32,000 nucleotides of DNA from Gaiellaceae bacterium (GTDB lineage Bacteria; Actinomycetota; Thermoleophilia; Gaiellales; Gaiellaceae): positions 5,510-37,509 of the forward strand of contig DASQWB010000183.1 in assembly GCA_035640455.1 (NCBI GenBank). The letters are read 5' to 3'. Positions 22,487-30,461 of the stretch are shown in pieces. Position 1 is the stretch's first letter, and each line of letters begins with the position of its first letter. Position numbers and translations under genes: made by a program. Below the pieces are notes generated by a model. The model was not told the origin of the DNA, ran no database searches, and saw nothing but the letters and a program-made list of their open reading frames with translations.

Positions 22487-23492
22487 CGACGACGCTCCGC
22501 CTGGCGCGGGTCGGGTCGCTCGACACGCCGCACACGATCTCGTAGTTGATCGTGCCCGCGACGCGCGCGTGCTCCTCCGCGAGGATCCCGTCTCCGAGCA
22601 GGACGACGGGCGTACCCACCGGCAGCTCGCGGTCGAGCTCGACGGCGAACGAGTCCATCGAGACGGTGCCGACGGCGCGCCGCCGCTCGCCGGCGACGAG
22701 GATCTCGGTTCCGGTCAGGTCGCGGCGGAACCCGTCGTCGTAGCCGACCGGCACGAGGCCGATCCAGGTCGGCGCCTCCGCGACGAAACGGCGCCCGTAG
22801 CCGGTGCTCTCGCCGGGCGCGAGCCGCTTCACCTGCGCCAAGTAGCTCTGCCAGCGAAGTGCCGGCTCGAGCCCGTCCGCCGCCGGATCCTCGCCGAACG
22901 GGGACAGGCCGTAGAGCGCGATGCCGCAGCGGGCCGCGTCGAAGCGTGCTTCGGGCAGCCGGAGGGCCGCCGCGCTGTTCGCGACGTGGCGCGTCAGGTG
23001 GGCGTAGGCGGCGGTCGCCTCGCGGAACCGCTCGATCTGAAGCGCTGCGAATCCCTGGTCCGTGTCGGCGGTCGCCAAGTGCGTCATCACGCCGACGACG
23101 TTCGCCGGCGGCTCGGGCAGCTCGCGGAACCCGTACCGGCCCATGCCGGTGTCGAGCTTGAGGTGGACGGAGATGCCGGGCGGGATCTCGCCGCCGGTGA
23201 CCGTGAGCTCGAGCCGCGCCTCCCGCGCCTGCGCGAGGTCGACCGTCGGCCCGAGGACGATGATGCGCGGCTCGGTCAGCTCGCGTCGCAGCGCGAGGGC
23301 CTCCGGAACCGTCGCGACGCAGAGCGCGCTCGCCCCGCCCGCGAGCGCCGCGCGGGCAGCGTCGAGGGCCCCGTGGCCGTACCCATCCGCCTTGACGACC
23401 GCCCAGAGCTCGGCGCCGTCGAGCGCGCGCAGGAGCCGCGCCACGTTGCGGCGGATCGCGCCGAGGTCGACTACGAGCTCAGAGCGGTGCAT
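22479..23492 (-). CDS. alr: alanine racemase
   Basis: The PLP-lysine motif is AVVKADGYGHG. The remaining layout matches Alr: HLKLDTGMGRYG, ANSAA, CGIALYG and TGYG. Confidence 0.93.
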   Translation of the reverse strand: MHRSELVVDLGAIRRNVARLLRALDGAELWAVVKADGYGHGALDAARAALAGGASALCVATVPEALALRRELTEPRIIVLGPTVDLAQAREARLELTVTGGEIPPGISVHLKLDTGMGRYGFRELPEPPANVVGVMTHLATADTDQGFAALQIERFREATAAYAHLTRHVANSAAALRLPEARFDAARCGIALYGLSPFGEDPAADGLEPALRWQSYLAQVKRLAPGESTGYGRRFVAEAPTWIGLVPVGYDDGFRRDLTGTEILVAGERRRAVGTVSMDSFAVELDRELPVGTPVVLLGDGILAEEHARVAGTINYEIVCGVSSDPTRARRSVVDG

Positions 23493-24396
23493 ACGGACGG
23501 AAGTTTCGCGCCAGCTCGGAGACGTACCTCCGTCCGAGCGTGTCGCCGTTCCGCTCGAGCCACTCGCGGAAGCTCGCGCGGCCGCGCGGCGGCTCGGCCG
23601 AGACGAGCAGGCTCGCCTGGAGACCGGCAGCCTCGTCCGCGGTCAGGAGGACGTCATGCTGTGCCAGGCCGACTGCCTTCCCGAGCGTGAGCGCGAGGCG
23701 CGGAGGCATGTGCACTAGTGCACGGGGACGGCCGACGGCTGCGGCGACGAGGCGGACGAGCTCGTCGAAGGTGTACGTCTCGGGCCCGGCCGCGTCGACC
23801 GTGCCGGTGGCGCTCACGGCGATCTCGGCAACGTCCTCCGCGGACACGGGCTGGACGCGGCCGCTCCCGTCGCCGGGGACGACGAACACCGGGAACCGGC
23901 GCAGGAGCCACGCGATGTTGTTCACGAGGATGTCCCGCGGCCCGAAGACGAGCGTCGGCCGGACGATCGCATACGCCACGCCGCAGGCGGCGAGCTCGCG
24001 CTCGACGAGCGCCTTGCCCCGGAAGTATCGGAGCGGCGAGTGGAGCGACGCGTTCGTCACGCTCACGTGCACGATCCGCTCGACCCCGGCCTCGGCCGCC
24101 GCCGCGAAGAGGACGGCGCTGTTCCGAACCGCGCGCTCGAAGGTCGTCTCGCTGCGCTCGAAGCGCACCCAGTAGGTGTTGTAGAGGCAGCGGGCGCCGC
24201 GCAGGCTCGCTACGAGCCGAGCGCGTTCAGTGAACTGGAGCGGCGCCGCTTCGACCTTTCCGTGCAGCGGGCTCGACGGATCGTCGCGGCGCGTCAGCGT
24301 CCGGACGCGGATGCCCTCCGCCAGCAGCCGCCGCGCGATGAAGCTGCCGGTGTAGGAGAACGCGCCGGTGACGACGTCGAGGTCAGGCGAGGGCAC
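23479..24396 (-). CDS. NAD(P)-binding epimerase/dehydratase (NmrA / complex-I 39 kDa-like) family protein
   Basis: The sequence VVTGAFSYTGSFIARRLLAEG is a Rossmann GxxGxxG variant, followed by HVS...YFRGK. GTG 24396 was chosen as start because the ORF N-terminus upstream of it is Arg/Cys-rich junk. Confidence 0.8.
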   Translation of the reverse strand: MPSPDLDVVTGAFSYTGSFIARRLLAEGIRVRTLTRRDDPSSPLHGKVEAAPLQFTERARLVASLRGARCLYNTYWVRFERSETTFERAVRNSAVLFAAAAEAGVERIVHVSVTNASLHSPLRYFRGKALVERELAACGVAYAIVRPTLVFGPRDILVNNIAWLLRRFPVFVVPGDGSGRVQPVSAEDVAEIAVSATGTVDAAGPETYTFDELVRLVAAAVGRPRALVHMPPRLALTLGKAVGLAQHDVLLTADEAAGLQASLLVSAEPPRGRASFREWLERNGDTLGRRYVSELARNFRPYAPL

Positions 24397-25702
24397 GAGG
24401 CAGCAGCGCCACGACGTCGCTCGCAACGAGACCCGCCTGCTGCGGGGCAAGCCGCGCCGCCCGCGCCTGCGCGACCGCCCCGGCGGCCGCGGCGAGCTGC
24501 GCCTCGAGTCCCTTGGCGAGGAAGGCCGCGACGATGCCGGTGAGGACGTCGCCCGTCCCCGCGGTCGCCAGGCCCGGCGCGTTCGCCGACCGGACGAGGA
24601 CGCCGGCTCCCGGCGCGCCCACCAGCGTGTCGGCGCCCTTCAGCAACACCACGCAGCCGAAGCGCTCGACGCCTCGCCGGATCGCCTCGAGCCGGTGGGT
24701 AGCCACCCACCGCGACTCCTCCCCGAGCAGCCGCGCGAGCTCCCCCTCGTGCGGGGTCAGGACAGTGGGCGCATCCCGCGTGAACGGCTGGAGCTCGTGC
24801 AGCCCGTCCGCGTCGACCACCGCCGGCAGCGACGACTCCGAGAGCAGCCGCCGCACGAGCGCCCGCTGCTCCTCCCCGCGCCCGAGCCCGGGCCCGAGCG
24901 CGAGCGCGTCCATGCGCGGCAGCAGCTCGTCGACCTCGTCGATCGGCCGCTTCACCGCCTCGAGCAGGCGCTGCTCCACGACCGGGAGCGAGCGCTCCGG
25001 GACGGCAACCGCGACGTAGCCGGCGTCCGCGCGGAACGCCGCCTCGGCGGCGAGGCAGGCCGCGCCGGTCAGCCCCGGCGCGCCGCCAACGACGAGCACT
25101 GCGCCGGCCGAGTACTTGTTGTCGCCCTCGCGGCGACGCGGCACGCGCGCGAGGACATCGCCCGTCACGAGCCGGTGCTCGGTCTCCGCGCGCTCGAGGC
25201 CGATCTCGACGACGTCGACCTCGCCGGCGTGGAATCGCCCCGGCGCGACGACGAGCCCGACCTTCGGGGCGTGCATGGTGACAGTCACCGCGGCGCGCAC
25301 CGCCGCGCCCGCGACCTCCCCGGTCGAGGCGTTTACGCCCGACGGCACGTCGACCGCCACGACCGGCGCGCCCGCGCCGTTCATCCGCCGGATCAGCTCG
25401 GCCGCATCCGCCCGCGGCTCGCCCCGAAACCCGGTGCCGAAGAGCGCGTCGACGACGACGTCGGCGCCCTCCCCGAGCTCCTCGACCGCGTCCCGACCTG
25501 CCTCCCGCAGCACCCGGGCCGCGATGCGCCCGTCGCCGCCGTTCGCGCCCCGGCCGCAGACGCAGGCGACCCGCCGCGCCTCCGGGAAGCGGCGCAGGAC
25601 CGCCTCCGCGACTCCGCGCCCCGCCCGCTCCATCATCGCCTCGACGTCGTGGCCGGCCTCGGCGGCGCGCATCTCGTCCGCGGTGTAGAGCGGCTCAAGC
25701 AT
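24383..25702 (-). CDS. nnr: bifunctional NAD(P)H-hydrate repair enzyme (epimerase + ADP-dependent dehydratase)
   Basis: The N-terminal YjeF_N domain has GRGANGGDG and DALFGTG. The C-terminal carbohydrate-kinase-like domain has NKYSAGAVLVVGG, TPHEGE and ATAGTGDVLTG. Confidence 0.9.
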   Translation of the reverse strand: MLEPLYTADEMRAAEAGHDVEAMMERAGRGVAEAVLRRFPEARRVACVCGRGANGGDGRIAARVLREAGRDAVEELGEGADVVVDALFGTGFRGEPRADAAELIRRMNGAGAPVVAVDVPSGVNASTGEVAGAAVRAAVTVTMHAPKVGLVVAPGRFHAGEVDVVEIGLERAETEHRLVTGDVLARVPRRREGDNKYSAGAVLVVGGAPGLTGAACLAAEAAFRADAGYVAVAVPERSLPVVEQRLLEAVKRPIDEVDELLPRMDALALGPGLGRGEEQRALVRRLLSESSLPAVVDADGLHELQPFTRDAPTVLTPHEGELARLLGEESRWVATHRLEAIRRGVERFGCVVLLKGADTLVGAPGAGVLVRSANAPGLATAGTGDVLTGIVAAFLAKGLEAQLAAAAGAVAQARAARLAPQQAGLVASDVVALLPRALA

Positions 25703-26054
25703 CGGAGACGAGGCAGATCGCGGCGGCGAGCTCGCGCGAGTGCGTCATCGAGAGGTCGATCCGGCCGGCGCGGCTCCGCTCCGCATACGCCTTCGTCCGC
25801 CCGGAGAGGCGGACGCCGGGCTTCGGCCGGCCGACGATCTCGATCTCCTTCCACGTGAAGCGGACGCCGATGCCGAGCGCCTTCCCCACCGCCTCCTTGC
25901 CGGCGAAGCGGCCCGCGTAGCTCTCGGCCGGGTTCGGCCGCGAGTCGCAGTACTCGCGCTCGGCGGCCGTGAAGCAGCGCTCGCGAAAGCCCGGATAGCG
26001 CTCGAGCGCACGGCGAATGCGCCCGATCTCGATCAGATCCAAGCCGACGCGCAC
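25695..26054 (-). CDS. acpS: holo-[acyl-carrier-protein] synthase (4'-phosphopantetheinyl transferase)
   Basis: The sequence reads (M)RVGLDLIEIGRIRRAL......FT..E..YC......ESYAGRFAGKEAVGKALG. GTG 26054 shares one nt with the TAG of the upstream HAD gene (GTAGTG). Confidence 0.9.
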   Translation of the reverse strand: MRVGLDLIEIGRIRRALERYPGFRERCFTAAEREYCDSRPNPAESYAGRFAGKEAVGKALGIGVRFTWKEIEIVGRPKPGVRLSGRTKAYAERSRAGRIDLSMTHSRELAAAICLVSDA

Positions 26055-26830
26055 TACACGTTCTGCTCGAGCCACTCCGGGAGCTGCGCCACCGAGGAGA
26101 CGAGACCGTCGGGCATGACGCTCCCCCGCTCGACCGCATCGGGCCGGAACTTCCCCGTCCGGACGAGGACGGTGCGGAGGCCGAAGCGCTGTGCGCCCGC
26201 GATGTCGGCCTCGATGTCGTCGCCGACCATCCACGTGAGTTCCGGCTCGGCGTCGAGCGCCTCGACGGCGGCGCCGAAGTAGGCAGGGCTCGGCTTGCCG
26301 AGCACGGTCGCCTCGACGTCGGCCGCGTACTCGAGCCCGGCGACGAAGGCGCCGGCGTCGAGGAGCGGGCCGCGCCGCGTCTGCCACCAGCGGTTCTTGT
26401 GCAGGCAGTAGAGCTCGGCGCCGGCCTCGAGCTCGTGGAAGGCGCGGGCGAGGTTCGTGTAGCTGAAGACCTGGTTCGTCTCGAGCGTCTCGTCGGCGCC
26501 GCCGAGCAGCACCGCGTCCGCGCCCTCGCCGACGAGCTCGACCCCCGCGAGGTCGTCGACGAGCGCGTGCATCGTCAGCGCGAGCACGCGCTTGCCGCGC
26601 AGCGCCCTCGCGGCCGCATGCGCCGTCGTCTGGAGCTCGTCGTCGTCGAGGTCGACGCCGATCTCCCGCAGCTCCTCGGCGAGCGTCGCGCGCGCCCGCG
26701 TCGTGTTGTTCGTGACGAACCGGAGCCGGTGGCCGTCCTCACGCAGCCGCCGCACGGCCTCCGCCGCGCCTGCGATCGGCTCGCCGGAGACCGCCAGGAC
26801 GCCGTCGACGTCGAGGAGAATTGCCGCCAT
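26054..26830 (-). CDS. HAD-superfamily hydrolase, subfamily IIA (NagD-like sugar phosphatase)
   Basis: HAD motifs are MAAILLDVDGVL (DxDG), FVTNN, GKP and GDDIEADIAGA. ATG is at 26830. Confidence 0.85.
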   Translation of the reverse strand: MAAILLDVDGVLAVSGEPIAGAAEAVRRLREDGHRLRFVTNNTTRARATLAEELREIGVDLDDDELQTTAHAAARALRGKRVLALTMHALVDDLAGVELVGEGADAVLLGGADETLETNQVFSYTNLARAFHELEAGAELYCLHKNRWWQTRRGPLLDAGAFVAGLEYAADVEATVLGKPSPAYFGAAVEALDAEPELTWMVGDDIEADIAGAQRFGLRTVLVRTGKFRPDAVERGSVMPDGLVSSVAQLPEWLEQNV

Positions 26831-27236
26831 GGCCGGCGAGTCTATTTCGGTCACGCGCTCCGTCGCGATCCCGCTCGAGGAGATCGAGCTCCGCGTCTCC
26901 CGCTCGAGCGGCCCCGGCGGCCAGCATGCGCAGACCTCGGAGACGCGCGTCGAGGCCGTCTTCGATGTCGAGGCCTCGGAGACGCTCTCGTCGGCGCAGA
27001 AGCGGCGCGTCGTGGCACGAGCCGGGCCGGTGCTCCGTGCGGTCGCGCAGGACGAGCGAAGCCAGGCGCGGAACCGCGAGCTCGCCCTCGAGCGGCTGGC
27101 GGCCAGGCTCCGCGAGGCGCTGCGAGTGCAGCGCAAGCGCGTCCCGACGAAGCCGACCGCGGCCGCGCGCGAGCGCCGCCTGGAGGAGAAGCGCCGCCGC
27201 AGCGAGACGAAGCGGCTACGAAGACCGCCGAGCTAG
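26829..27236 (+). CDS. arfB: peptidyl-tRNA hydrolase ArfB (alternative ribosome-rescue factor, RF-1 domain)
   Basis: The sequence MAGESISVTRSVAIPLEEIELRVSRSSGPGGQHAQTSETRVE carries the GGQ motif. The basic C-terminal tail is KRRRSETKRLRRP. Confidence 0.85.
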   Translation: MAGESISVTRSVAIPLEEIELRVSRSSGPGGQHAQTSETRVEAVFDVEASETLSSAQKRRVVARAGPVLRAVAQDERSQARNRELALERLAARLREALRVQRKRVPTKPTAAARERRLEEKRRRSETKRLRRPPS

Positions 27237-27737
27237 CCGCTCGAAGTCCGGCACGGGAATGCCGTAGCGCTCACCGAGTGCCCGCACGTCTCGCTGGTGA
27301 GCGTCGTCGAGCGCGTAGCCGGTCGTGTGGCTCACCATCACGGCCTCGGGCGTGAGGCAGGGAACCTCCTGTCCCAGGATGCGGCCGACGCCGCCGAAGG
27401 CCGCGGCCGGGTAGATCCAAACCTCGCCGTTCGCCATCCGGTAGACGCCCTCGCCGGTCGCTGTGAATGACACCGGATGCACGTCCACCTGATGTCCCTC
27501 TTCGTCGATGAGCTCGAAGCTCGAAGGTGGTTCGCCGGCGGCGAGCACGTAGCCGCGTTCGCCGAGCGCCTGCTCGATCCGCGCGCTGTCGTCGAATCGG
27601 GCCACGAGGTCGAGGTCGTCGTGCGGTCGCGTCTGCTCACCGAGCAGCGCGTCGACCGCCCAGCCGCCGTCGAGCCATACCGCGATGTCGTGCGTCTTCA
27701 GGTGCGCGAGCAGGCCGAGGACGCGCGCTGCGTCCAT
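27216..27737 (-). CDS. nucleotidyltransferase of the aminoglycoside 2''-adenylyltransferase (ANT(2'')-Ia-like) family
   Basis: The sequence MDAARVLGLLAHLKTHDIAVWLDGGWAVDALLGEQTRPHDDLDLV parallels the remembered ANT(2'')-Ia N-terminus (LPLWIGGGWAIDARLGRVTRKHDDIDL). ATG 27737 was chosen, and the upstream 39 codons look non-coding. Confidence 0.7.
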   Translation of the reverse strand: MDAARVLGLLAHLKTHDIAVWLDGGWAVDALLGEQTRPHDDLDLVARFDDSARIEQALGERGYVLAAGEPPSSFELIDEEGHQVDVHPVSFTATGEGVYRMANGEVWIYPAAAFGGVGRILGQEVPCLTPEAVMVSHTTGYALDDAHQRDVRALGERYGIPVPDFERLARRSS

Positions 27738-29817
27738 CTCCGCCTGCGGCTGTCTCCCGCGTCCGCTTCTCGCCACACCCGAGCCGATTAGACCGCACTC
27801 TGCAGGGGAAACAGGCGCGACCGCGAACGACCTGCTCGTCCTCGACGGCTGCACGTTCTTCTACACCGACGCGACCGGCGACGTCGACGCGCGCGAGGCG
27901 AAGGGCTACTTCTTCGAGGACGTGCGCCACCTCTCGCGCTGGCAGCTCCTGCTCGACGAGCAGCCGCTCGAGTGCCTCGCGAGCCGTCCCGTCGACTACT
28001 TCTCGGCCCGCATGGTCTGCGCGCCGCCGGGCCAGCAGCCGCCGGTGACGGTGCGCCGCGACCGCTTCGTCACCGACGGCGTCCACGAGGACGTGATCGT
28101 CAGGAACCATCGCTTCGAGCCGGTAGAGGTCAAGCTCGAGCTCCACTTCGGCGCCGACTTCGCGGACGTCCTCGAGGCGCAGCAGGGCGGGGAGACCGCC
28201 GAGGGCGAGGACGGGCACGAGCTCGAAGGACCGCGAGCCCGCATGTGGCACCAGCGAAATGGCTACCGGCGAGAGACGATCGTCGCGTTCAGCCGCCGCG
28301 ACGTGACGCTCGAGGAAGGGCGCGCGGTCTTCGACCTGCGCCTCGGCCCGCACGAGGAGTGGAAGACGTGCGTCGACGTCGTGCCCGTCGTCGAGGGACG
28401 CCGGCGGCGGGCGCTCCTCCGTTGCGAGTCGTTCGGCAAGCCCGAGCCCGAGATGCCGCTCTCGCTCCAGGAGTGGCTCGCCGGCGCTCCCTCCTTGGAG
28501 AGCGACAGAGCATCGCTCGTGCAGACGTACCGGCAGAGCCTCCTCGACCTCGGCGCGCTGCGGATCCGGCCGACGACGAGCCTCGCGCACGCGATGCCGG
28601 CGGGCGGCCTGCCGTGGTTCATGACGGCGTTCGGCCGCGACAGCCTGGTCACCTCGTACTTCGCGGTTCCGTTCCAGCCGACGCTGGCCGAGGCGACGTT
28701 GCAGGCCCTCGCCGAGCTCCAGGCGACCGAGTACGACGACTTCCGCGACGCCGAGCCGGGCAAGATCATGCACGAGCTGCGGCGCGGGATCCTCGCGCGA
28801 AGCGGCGTCACCCCGCACAGCCCGTACTACGGCACGCACGACGCGACCCTCCTCTTCCTGATCGTCCTCGACGAGTACGAGCGCTGGACTGGCGACACGG
28901 CGCTCGTGCTGCGGCTCGAGGGCGCGGCGCGCGCGGCGGTCGCGTGGCTGGAGGGGCCCGCGGATCTCGACGGCGACGGCTTTCTCGAGTACCACAGCCG
29001 CTCGTCGAAGGGGCTCCGCAACCTCTGCTGGAAGGACTCTGATGACTCGATCCTCTTCCCGGACGGGTCGCACGCCGAGGCGCCGATCGCGACCTGCGAG
29101 ATCCAGGGCTACGCCTACGACGCGCGGCTGCGGACGGCGCGGCTCGCCCGCGAGGTGTGGGGCGACGATGCGCTGGCGGAGCGGCTCGAGCGGGACGCTG
29201 CCGCGCTCCGCGAGCGATTCGACGAGGTCTTCTGGCTCGGCCGCCGCCGCTTCTACGCGCTCGCTCTCGACGGGCGGAAGCGGCCGGTCGACGCGCTCAC
29301 GTCGAACGTCGGCCATCTCCTGTGGAGCGGGATCGTGCCGAAAGAGCGCGCGGAGATCCTCGTCCGGCGTCTGCTCGGAAAGGACATGTTCAGCGGCTGG
29401 GGGATCCGCACGATGTCGGCGCGCGAGCGCCCGTACAGCCCACTCCGCTACCACGACGGGACGGTCTGGCCGCACGACACGGCGATCGTCGCCGAGGGGA
29501 TGCGCGGCTACGGCTACCGCGACGAGGCGAGCCGCGTCGCGCACGCGCTCCTCGACGCGGCGCGGCAGCTCGGCCACCGGCTGCCGGAGGTCTTCGCCGG
29601 CTTCGAGCGCGACGGCGCCGACGTGCCGGTCCAGTACCCGGGCGCCATGACTCCGCAGGCCTGGTCCGCCGCGGCGCCCCTCCTCGCCCTGCGGACGCTG
29701 CTCGGCCTCGACGTCGTCGACGGCGAGCTGCGGGCGCGGCCGAAGCTTCCCGACGACCTCCGCGCGCTCCGCCTGCGCGGCGTTCCGTTCCGGGGCGGCA
29801 CGCGCGACGTCCCGTGA
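27685..29817 (+). CDS. amylo-alpha-1,6-glucosidase / glycogen debranching enzyme family protein; start codon unresolved
   Basis: The N-terminal GDE_N-like part reads LLVLDGCTFFYTDATGDVD...GYFFEDVRHLSRW. The C-terminal (alpha/alpha)6 part has GLPWFMTAFGRDS, GKIMHELR, YYGTHDATLLF and CEIQGYAY. The coordinates use ATG 27685, which overlaps the divergent gene. CTG 27832 and ATT 27787 lie nearer the expected N-terminus. Confidence 0.8.
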   Translation: MSCVFRCASRPRTRAASISACGCLPRPLLATPEPIRPHSAGETGATANDLLVLDGCTFFYTDATGDVDAREAKGYFFEDVRHLSRWQLLLDEQPLECLASRPVDYFSARMVCAPPGQQPPVTVRRDRFVTDGVHEDVIVRNHRFEPVEVKLELHFGADFADVLEAQQGGETAEGEDGHELEGPRARMWHQRNGYRRETIVAFSRRDVTLEEGRAVFDLRLGPHEEWKTCVDVVPVVEGRRRRALLRCESFGKPEPEMPLSLQEWLAGAPSLESDRASLVQTYRQSLLDLGALRIRPTTSLAHAMPAGGLPWFMTAFGRDSLVTSYFAVPFQPTLAEATLQALAELQATEYDDFRDAEPGKIMHELRRGILARSGVTPHSPYYGTHDATLLFLIVLDEYERWTGDTALVLRLEGAARAAVAWLEGPADLDGDGFLEYHSRSSKGLRNLCWKDSDDSILFPDGSHAEAPIATCEIQGYAYDARLRTARLAREVWGDDALAERLERDAAALRERFDEVFWLGRRRFYALALDGRKRPVDALTSNVGHLLWSGIVPKERAEILVRRLLGKDMFSGWGIRTMSARERPYSPLRYHDGTVWPHDTAIVAEGMRGYGYRDEASRVAHALLDAARQLGHRLPEVFAGFERDGADVPVQYPGAMTPQAWSAAAPLLALRTLLGLDVVDGELRARPKLPDDLRALRLRGVPFRGGTRDVP

Positions 29818-30461
29818 CCGACGCCGTCGTCTTCGACGCGCTCGGGACGCTCTTCGAGCTGCGGGTGCTCGTCGAGCGCCTCGACGAGCTGGGCGCCCCC
29901 GACGGCGCCTTCGACGCGTGGTTCGGGCGGCTCCTGCACTCCGCCGCCGCCGTCACGCTCGCCGGCGAGTTCGTGCCGTTCGCGGAGCTCGCGCGGACGA
30001 CGCTCGCGACGGCGGCGGCGCGGCTCGGCGTCGAGCTCGACCCCGAGGAGGTGCTGCCGCTCCTCGAGCGGCTGCCGCCCTACCCGGACGCGCGAGCCGC
30101 CGTGGCGCGGCTGGAGGAGGCCGGTGTGGCTTGGGCAGTCCTGACGAACGGCGGCGAGGCCGCCACGCGGGCGCTCCTCGAAGCGGGCGGGCTCGCAGGG
30201 GCGTGGCACGTCGTGAGCGCCGAGGAGGTCCGCGCGTACAAGCCCCACCCTGCGCCGTACCGTCGCGTCGTCGAGGCGCTCGAGCTGCCGGCCGAGCGGG
30301 TGACGCTCGTCGCCGCGCACGGCTGGGACGTCGTCGGCGCAGGCGCCGCCGGCCTCCGATGCGTCTGGGTCGACCGTCTCGAGCACGAGTGGCCGTTCCC
30401 GCCGCCCGAGCCGCCGCGGGCGCCGGACCTCGAGCTCGCCGTCGAACGCGCCCTGGCTTAA
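29814..30461 (+). CDS. HAD-family hydrolase (haloacid dehalogenase type II-like)
   Basis: GTG 29814 overlaps the previous stop (GTGA). Motifs are VVFDALGTL (DxxGT), LTNG, YKPHP and AAHGWDVVGAGAAG. Confidence 0.8.
   Translation: MTDAVVFDALGTLFELRVLVERLDELGAPDGAFDAWFGRLLHSAAAVTLAGEFVPFAELARTTLATAAARLGVELDPEEVLPLLERLPPYPDARAAVARLEEAGVAWAVLTNGGEAATRALLEAGGLAGAWHVVSAEEVRAYKPHPAPYRRVVEALELPAERVTLVAAHGWDVVGAGAAGLRCVWVDRLEHEWPFPPPEPPRAPDLELAVERALA

Noticed and set aside
21272-25858. Plus-strand ORFs 21272-22549, 22569-23690, 23062-23718 and 24368-25858, opposite cca, alr, the epimerase gene and nnr
   Set aside because: The opposite-strand genes have strong family motifs. These ORFs have none and show shadow-ORF composition.
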